DNA from: a virus
Taxonomy: Duplodnaviria > Heunggongvirae > Uroviricota > Caudoviricetes
Virus record (IMG/VR): IMGVR_UViG_2654587736_000008
Strand: one strand, 5' to 3'
Length of the DNA: 42,353 nucleotides
Below, in pieces: positions 37,648-42,353 of the stretch. Both the position numbers and the translations under genes were made by a program. The stretch's first letter is position 1. Each line of letters opens with the position of its first letter. Below the pieces are notes generated by a model. It was not told the DNA's origin. It worked only from the letters and a program-made list of their open reading frames with translations, and did not search any database.

Positions 37648-38184
37648 ATGTCATTTATTAAAACTTTTTCCGGGAAGCATTTTTATTATGACAAGATAAA
37701 TAAAGACGACATCGTGATTAACGATATCGCGGTTTCCCTTTCAAATATCTGTCGCTTTGCAGGACATCTTTCACACTTCTACAGTGTCGCCCAGCATGCG
37801 GTGCTTTGCAGCCAGCTGGTGCCGCAGGAATTTGCTTTTGAAGCGTTAATGCATGATGCAACAGAAGCGTATTGCCAGGATATTCCCGCTCCACTGAAAC
37901 GCCTTCTTCCTGACTATAAACGGATGGAAGAAAAAATAGACGCCGTAATCCGTGAGAAATACGGGTTACCCCCGGTTATGAGCACGCCTGTGAAATATGC
38001 CGATCTCATCATGCTGGCAACCGAACGCCGCGATCTCGGGCTTGATGATGGCTCTTTCTGGCCAGTACTGGAAGGTATCCCGGCAACAGAAATGTTCAAA
38101 GTTATTCCACTGGCTCCGAGCCATGCCTACGGGATGTTTATGGAGCGCTTTAACGAGTTATCGGAGTTACGCACATGCGCATGA
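37648..38184 (+). CDS. yfdR: HD-domain phosphohydrolase, YfdR-like
   Basis: 178 aa from MSFIKTFSGKHFYYD; HD-like motif (AQHAVL...MHDATE); SD GGAG. Confidence 0.65.
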   Translation: MSFIKTFSGKHFYYDKINKDDIVINDIAVSLSNICRFAGHLSHFYSVAQHAVLCSQLVPQEFAFEALMHDATEAYCQDIPAPLKRLLPDYKRMEEKIDAVIREKYGLPPVMSTPVKYADLIMLATERRDLGLDDGSFWPVLEGIPATEMFKVIPLAPSHAYGMFMERFNELSELRTCA

Positions 38185-38537
38185 ATGTTTTCGAAATGGA
38201 AGGGTTTCTTCGCGGGAAATGTGTACCACGAGATCTGAAAGTGAATGAAACAAATGCTGAGTACCTGGTACGTAAATTCGATGCGCTTGAAGCTAAATGT
38301 GCGGCACTGGAAAACAAAATAATACCAGTGTCAGCTGAACTGCCGCCAGCAAATGAAAGTGTTCTGTTATTTGATGCTAACGGAGAAGGCTGGCTAATTG
38401 GCTGGCGTTCTCTCTGGTACACCTGGGGACAAAAAGAAACCGGAGAATGGCAGTGGACATTTCAGGTCGGGGACCTTGAAAACGTCAATATCACTCACTG
38501 GGCAGTAATGCCGAAAGCACCGGAGAATAAAAAATGA
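38175..38537 (+). CDS. yfdS: DUF551 protein, YfdS-like
   Basis: 120 aa; ATG 38175 with SD GGAG; overlaps upstream stop. Confidence 0.55.
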   Translation: MRMNVFEMEGFLRGKCVPRDLKVNETNAEYLVRKFDALEAKCAALENKIIPVSAELPPANESVLLFDANGEGWLIGWRSLWYTWGQKETGEWQWTFQVGDLENVNITHWAVMPKAPENKK

Positions 38538-38737
38538 GCGTGATAAAAACTCATACAGGAATTGTTATCACCCGAGACGGTCCGCAGGTAAAAAAACTGC
38601 ACCAGACAAAGCGGATGTGGGTCGTCGGAAAAAACGAGTTTTACCACAAAGAAACCGGACGCCGCCACTTTGCAGAAAATACTCGCCGCCGACTGCTGAT
38701 CGATACCATCAAGCCTATCGAGGTGAAGCATGTTTAA
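38534..38737 (+). CDS. Hypothetical basic small protein (67 aa)
   Basis: ATGA overlap with the upstream gene; SD GGAG. Confidence 0.45.
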   Translation: MSVIKTHTGIVITRDGPQVKKLHQTKRMWVVGKNEFYHKETGRRHFAENTRRRLLIDTIKPIEVKHV

Positions 38738-38978
38738 ACAGAACGAAAAATCTATCGCTCAAATTGCTGAGTATATCCCGCGTGCGTGCCGGGGTATGCA
38801 GTTGCAGGAAGCCAAAGCGCGCCTGGAGAAAAAAATTGCGCTCTATATTGATGACGGCTGTGATGCCGCCGTTCTTAACGCGGCGTTCGCACCAGCTCTT
38901 AACTGTCATACGCGAGAGTCTTTTTTTTCGTGCATCGCAGCGCAGATCCGTAAAGGAGGCACCAGTGAGCGAGATTGA
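38730..38978 (+). CDS. Hypothetical protein (82 aa)
   Basis: ATG 38730 with SD GAGGTG; translationally coupled. Confidence 0.45.
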   Translation: MFKQNEKSIAQIAEYIPRACRGMQLQEAKARLEKKIALYIDDGCDAAVLNAAFAPALNCHTRESFFSCIAAQIRKGGTSERD

Positions 38979-39750
38979 CTATCAGGCGTTGCGTAAGGCA
39001 GCACAAAACTATCAATCGACTCTGGCGTGGTATCAGGAAAAGCCAGACAGTCCAAACGCTGAACAGGATTGTGATGCAGCTTTAGCGGCGTTTAAGCGAG
39101 AAATCCGTCATCGGGAAGTGGACATTATCGCCGGGCTGTTGGATGAGCTGGACGAAAAACAGCAATACATCAAACTCCGCGACCAGGAGAACGAGGATAT
39201 TGCGCTAACGGTAGGGAAGCTGAGAGTTGAGCTTGAGGAGACAAAATCAAAACTCAACGAGCAGCGTGTGTATTACGAGGGAGTAATCGCGGATGGAAGT
39301 AAGCGCATAGCAGAGTTGCAGACAAAATCTGCACCAGATTCGTTTGGCATCATCGGTGAAAATATTCGAACACAGGACAATCATATAACGTCAGACCCTA
39401 TGTTTTGTGTGTATCAAAAGCGCGAAATCGTTGTTGATGCTGATTATGACTATGACCGGATTGTCTGGGTTGATGAAGATGGCAATGAAGCCAATAAACT
39501 CCAAAGTCGTCGTCTCGAACTACTTCATGAAAACTTTCGGGAGCCACCAGAAAAATGGCGGCGCGTTGCTGTGAAAGATATTGATGAATTCGTTACCTGC
39601 TGTTTTACCGAACAGGGTTGTAAAGACTACCTGGCAGCCAATGGTCACAATCTTCGCTTGCCATTTATATATGTAAAAAGCGGTTTCAGGAACGCTGAAT
39701 ATATCGGCATAAGAAACTGGCTTGCTGGCATTCGCATCAAAGGAGAGTGA
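38965..39750 (+). CDS. Hypothetical protein, N-terminal coiled coil (261 aa)
   Basis: GTG 38965 preceded by AGGAGG; the portion of the ORF-track ORF upstream of this start is rejected. Confidence 0.5.
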   Translation: MSEIDYQALRKAAQNYQSTLAWYQEKPDSPNAEQDCDAALAAFKREIRHREVDIIAGLLDELDEKQQYIKLRDQENEDIALTVGKLRVELEETKSKLNEQRVYYEGVIADGSKRIAELQTKSAPDSFGIIGENIRTQDNHITSDPMFCVYQKREIVVDADYDYDRIVWVDEDGNEANKLQSRRLELLHENFREPPEKWRRVAVKDIDEFVTCCFTEQGCKDYLAANGHNLRLPFIYVKSGFRNAEYIGIRNWLAGIRIKGE

Positions 39751-39751
39751 T

Positions 39752-40039
39752 ATGGCAACTTTGCAGGAATTAATCGACCTGACGCCAGAACAGGAAAAAG
39801 CGTGGAATCGCCTTGTGAAGGCTGTAAAGGATTTCAGGGCAGCCGGAGGAAAGTTTTATAGCGTCCTGGACACGCTGAGCGCATACAACGGCGAGCACGT
39901 TGCCAGCATTGATAACGATAAGGGCTACCACACTGCAAGCGTCTATATGCCTAGCATTGATGCGCCAGGGCTAACCAGTTGGGCTGATGATTGGCACGGC
40001 ATCACGCTGAAAGATGGCGTTGAAGTGGATGAGGACTAA
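39752..40039 (+). CDS. Hypothetical protein (95 aa)
   Basis: ATG 39752 (MATLQELIDL) with SD AGGAG. Confidence 0.5.
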   Translation: MATLQELIDLTPEQEKAWNRLVKAVKDFRAAGGKFYSVLDTLSAYNGEHVASIDNDKGYHTASVYMPSIDAPGLTSWADDWHGITLKDGVEVDED

Positions 40040-40042
40040 CAC

Positions 40043-40783
40043 ATGACTACTTTTACCGACAAAGAACTGATTAAAGAAATCAGAGAGCGAATCGGCAGCC
40101 TGGACGTGCGAGACAATATTGAGCGCCTGGCTTATGAAATCGCACTGGCATCGCTGGCAGCAGTATCGGATGAACGAGCAGCCTATGAATTATTTATGGA
40201 GAAGCGTTTCGGGGAATCTGTAGATCGCCGTAGGGCAAAAAATGGCGATAGAGAATACATGGCATGGGATATGGCGCTTGGCTGGATTATCTGGTGTCAC
40301 CGCGCCGCCATGCTTCAGGGTAGCCAACCTGTAAGCCAAACTTACAACTTGCCAGAATTAATCGAAGGCATGGAAGTTTCCATTGATGTAAGCACTTGTG
40401 ATGCTGATTTAGGTAATCGCTATTTCGGCACCGTCACCGAGGCGTTAGAACTTGATACAGCCAAGAATGGTTACATCCTCCTGGTTCAGGACGCAGAGCC
40501 AAACTTCGATGTAAATGGCAACTCTCCGGGAACTCCGGATAGTTGGGTTATGGTGCCGAAGAGACTAACAGCAGAGAACGGCGCTAAGGGGGTGCTATCC
40601 GGTGAATTTTCAGAAACTACGTTTATAAGCTGCCTGGAATGCTTTGGCGATGATGATTGCGATACCTGTGACGGGAGCGGACGTATTGAAATTAAAGTGC
40701 CAGTCACGTGGTCGACCATAAAATCTATCTGGGATAAAGGTATCGAGTATTTTGCAGCAAAACCATCACAAGAGGTGAAGTGA
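40043..40783 (+). CDS. Hypothetical protein with C-terminal Cys-cluster (246 aa)
   Basis: CLECFGDDDCDTCDGSGR zinc-ribbon-like motif; SD upstream. Confidence 0.5.
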   Translation: MTTFTDKELIKEIRERIGSLDVRDNIERLAYEIALASLAAVSDERAAYELFMEKRFGESVDRRRAKNGDREYMAWDMALGWIIWCHRAAMLQGSQPVSQTYNLPELIEGMEVSIDVSTCDADLGNRYFGTVTEALELDTAKNGYILLVQDAEPNFDVNGNSPGTPDSWVMVPKRLTAENGAKGVLSGEFSETTFISCLECFGDDDCDTCDGSGRIEIKVPVTWSTIKSIWDKGIEYFAAKPSQEVK

Positions 40784-41355
40784 TGAACAACTTAATGATC
40801 GACCTTGAGACGATGGGGAAAAATAAGGATGCACCGATCGTTTCCATTGGCGCGGTGTTCTTCACTCCAGAAACCGGAGACATCGGACAAGAATTCTATA
40901 CGGTTGTTAGCCTGGAAAGTGCTATGGGGCAAGGAGCTACACCTGACGGCGATACCATCCTGTGGTGGTTGAAACAAAGCCCTGAGGCACGAGCTGCAAT
41001 CTGTATTGATGATACTTTGTCGATCAGCGATGCTCTCTCAGAACTAAATCATTTCATTAACCGGCACGCAGCCAATACGAAATATTTAAAAGTCTGGGGT
41101 AACGGGGCCACCTTCGACAACGTAATTTTACGTGGAGCTTATGAGCGAGCAGGACAAATCTGCCCGTGGGCATACTGGAATGACCACGATGTACGCACGA
41201 TCGTTACGCTTGGGCGTTCCATCGGATTCGACCCCAAAATAGACATGCCTTTCGATGGCGAACGGCACAACGCCCTGGCCGATGCCCGTCATCAGGCAAA
41301 ATATGTTTCCGCTATCTGGCAGAAATTAATTCCTGCCACCAGCACAGAATTATGA
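40783..41355 (+). CDS. 3'-5' exonuclease, DEDDh (DnaQ-like) family
   Basis: Exo I motif MIDLETMG and Exo III-like HNALADA; ATG 40783 with SD AGAGGTG. Confidence 0.7.
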   Translation: MNNLMIDLETMGKNKDAPIVSIGAVFFTPETGDIGQEFYTVVSLESAMGQGATPDGDTILWWLKQSPEARAAICIDDTLSISDALSELNHFINRHAANTKYLKVWGNGATFDNVILRGAYERAGQICPWAYWNDHDVRTIVTLGRSIGFDPKIDMPFDGERHNALADARHQAKYVSAIWQKLIPATSTEL

Positions 41356-41391
41356 TTTTCCCGGGTGCAGCCGGTTTTGATGGAGAAAATT

Positions 41392-41673
41392 ATGAACACC
41401 TTGTTTTTACTGATGGCTGAATTCAATACCCCTAACATTGAACTCTCAGCAGTTAGCCAAAAGTACTTTGGCATGAGTCCAGCCACGGCAGAAGCAAAAG
41501 CAAACGCTTGTAAGTTGCCCGTTCCAACATATCGCATCGGCACATCACAAAAAGCAAAACGTTGCATCAATATTCAGGATCTTGCGGAATACATAGACAA
41601 AAGACGAGAAGAAGGACGTATCGAGTGGGAACAGGTCAGAACAGGCAAACAGAAGGGCAAAGAACATCACTAA
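41392..41673 (+). CDS. PrtN/excisionase-like DNA-binding protein
   Basis: MNTLFLLMAEFNTPNIELSAVSQKYFGMS...LPVPTYRIG pattern typical of PrtN-family/excisionase-like proteins; last gene of the early-left operon. Confidence 0.5.
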   Translation: MNTLFLLMAEFNTPNIELSAVSQKYFGMSPATAEAKANACKLPVPTYRIGTSQKAKRCINIQDLAEYIDKRREEGRIEWEQVRTGKQKGKEHH

Positions 41674-41674
41674 A

Positions 41675-41705
41675 GAAAAAACCCGCCTAAAGGCGGGTTT
41701 TCAAA
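41675..41705. terminator. Bidirectional intrinsic terminator between convergent operons
   Basis: A7-CCCGCC-TAAA-GGCGGG-T4. Confidence 0.75.
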
Positions 41706-41720
41706 AAGCACCAGCTATGA

Positions 41721-41894
41721 TCATGCTACTTTGCGACGACGAAGCTTACCCTGCTGCTCTTTACCAGAGACAGTAGCGTGAGTGAACGCATTAGGAGCAG
41801 CCTTCATCAGAACTTCAACAGCAGCCCCCATACCTGCGAATGCTTTCATTGTGTCGAACTTAACCTGTGGCTTGGTTGCTTTTTGATCTTCCAT
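41721..41894 (-). CDS. Small hypothetical protein (57 aa; below ORF-track cutoff)
   Basis: ATG 41894 with SD GGAG 7 nt upstream; basic C-terminus (GKLRRRKVA). Confidence 0.45.
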   Translation of the reverse strand: MEDQKATKPQVKFDTMKAFAGMGAAVEVLMKAAPNAFTHATVSGKEQQGKLRRRKVA

Positions 41895-41933
41895 AGAAAA
41901 CTCCAGAAGCTATACCGAAAAAATTCCTGTTGT

Positions 41934-42353
41934 TTACTCATCATCAATAGATGATACGCAATATTTATTTTTAAATTTAAGGTTCTTTGGCGTAACTTCA
42001 TCAGATATATCAAAACCGTCCAGAATTCTATTGAATGTAGCTTCTGGCATATCATCATGAACAGAAATCTCACCCGATCGCTGCTTTCTAACCATGTTAT
42101 CCACTCGCCAAATTATAGCTTCAGCGTAAACAACATAACTTGGATGCTTGATAAAGCGATGATCACCAGAATTCAAGACGCAAGACGGATCGTGGGGGAC
42201 ACCATCCTTGATACTAGAAATATTAACAACTAAAACACAATAACAATCGTTAACGGGGTAATAAACAGGATCATTACAAATCACATGAAGATGATTGCAT
42301 GGCCCTGTTGGGGCAAGCACAGTTCCTTTCCTGTATGGCTGATAATCCGTCAT
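41934..42353 (-). CDS. Hypothetical protein in AT-rich cargo DNA (139 aa; ORF begins at the window edge, so the 5' end may be incomplete)
   Basis: ORF in AT-rich sequence convergent with the early-left operon; Cys/His-rich; no recognisable family. Confidence 0.45.
   Translation of the reverse strand: MTDYQPYRKGTVLAPTGPCNHLHVICNDPVYYPVNDCYCVLVVNISSIKDGVPHDPSCVLNSGDHRFIKHPSYVVYAEAIIWRVDNMVRKQRSGEISVHDDMPEATFNRILDGFDISDEVTPKNLKFKNKYCVSSIDDE

Larger units (their letters stand above)
1..42353. mobile_element. Lambdoid prophage, partial: tail-fibre end to early-left operon; integrase and attachment sites not in window
   Basis: Lambda gene order is conserved across the window (stf-lom-J-I-K-L-M-H-T-G-V-U-Z-FII ... 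portal-W-A-Nu1-cos-Rz-R-S-Q-nin-O-cro-cI-early left); many ATGA translational-coupling overlaps. Confidence 0.9.

Noticed and set aside
38617-39750. 377-aa ORF as a single gene
   Set aside because: Its first ~115 codons overlap two better-supported small genes in other frames; the gene is taken to start at GTG 38965, which has an AGGAGG SD.
1-42353. CRISPR arrays or insertion sequences
   Set aside because: No regularly spaced short direct repeats and no transposase-like ORF or terminal inverted repeats were seen; the only repeat arrays are the iterons and operator half-sites.

Overview
The window is a nearly complete lambdoid (lambda-like) prophage, called from six-frame translations and motifs read directly in the sequence; no database search was run. 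Coordinates 1000-22300 on the minus strand hold a lambda-type tail and head module in lambda gene order: a frameshifted side tail fibre, lom, J, I, K, L, M, tape measure H, G/T with a -1 frameshift arrangement, V, U, Z, an FII-like gene, a DUF2190 protein, a ClpP-protease/major-capsid fusion, portal, W, and Nu1/A-type terminase, with a cos-like site upstream. Coordinates 23300-28100 hold a phage-21-type lysis cassette (S21-like pinholin with dual start, SAR endolysin, Rz with embedded Rz1) interrupted by extra genes: a 116-aa ORF between holin and endolysin, and a beta-class adenine methyltransferase plus small wHTH ORF bracketed by two intrinsic terminators. A lipoprotein gene sits on the opposite strand next to a QuuD-like Q antiterminator. 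Coordinates 28100-34800 hold a nin-like and replication region (DUF968, KilA-N, RusA, LexA-type DNA-binding protein, a second Dam-type methyltransferase, PerC-like regulator, initiator with internal iterons, Rha-domain protein, YdaT-like protein, Cro-like repressor). A divergent S24-type CI repressor follows, then a roughly 700-bp pL leader with no convincing N gene but a strong hairpin and long inverted repeat, then an early-left operon resembling CPS-53 yfdP-Q-R-S, a DEDDh exonuclease and a PrtN/excisionase-like gene. The most interesting unexplained loci are: the AT-rich convergent two-gene cassette at the right edge (41721-42353), the structured N-less pL leader, the ORF inserted between holin and endolysin, the methyltransferase and lipoprotein morons around the late promoter, and the SOS-box-driven DinI-like gene plus small membrane protein beyond the tail fibre. 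No integrase, tRNA, CRISPR array or IS element was found in the window.
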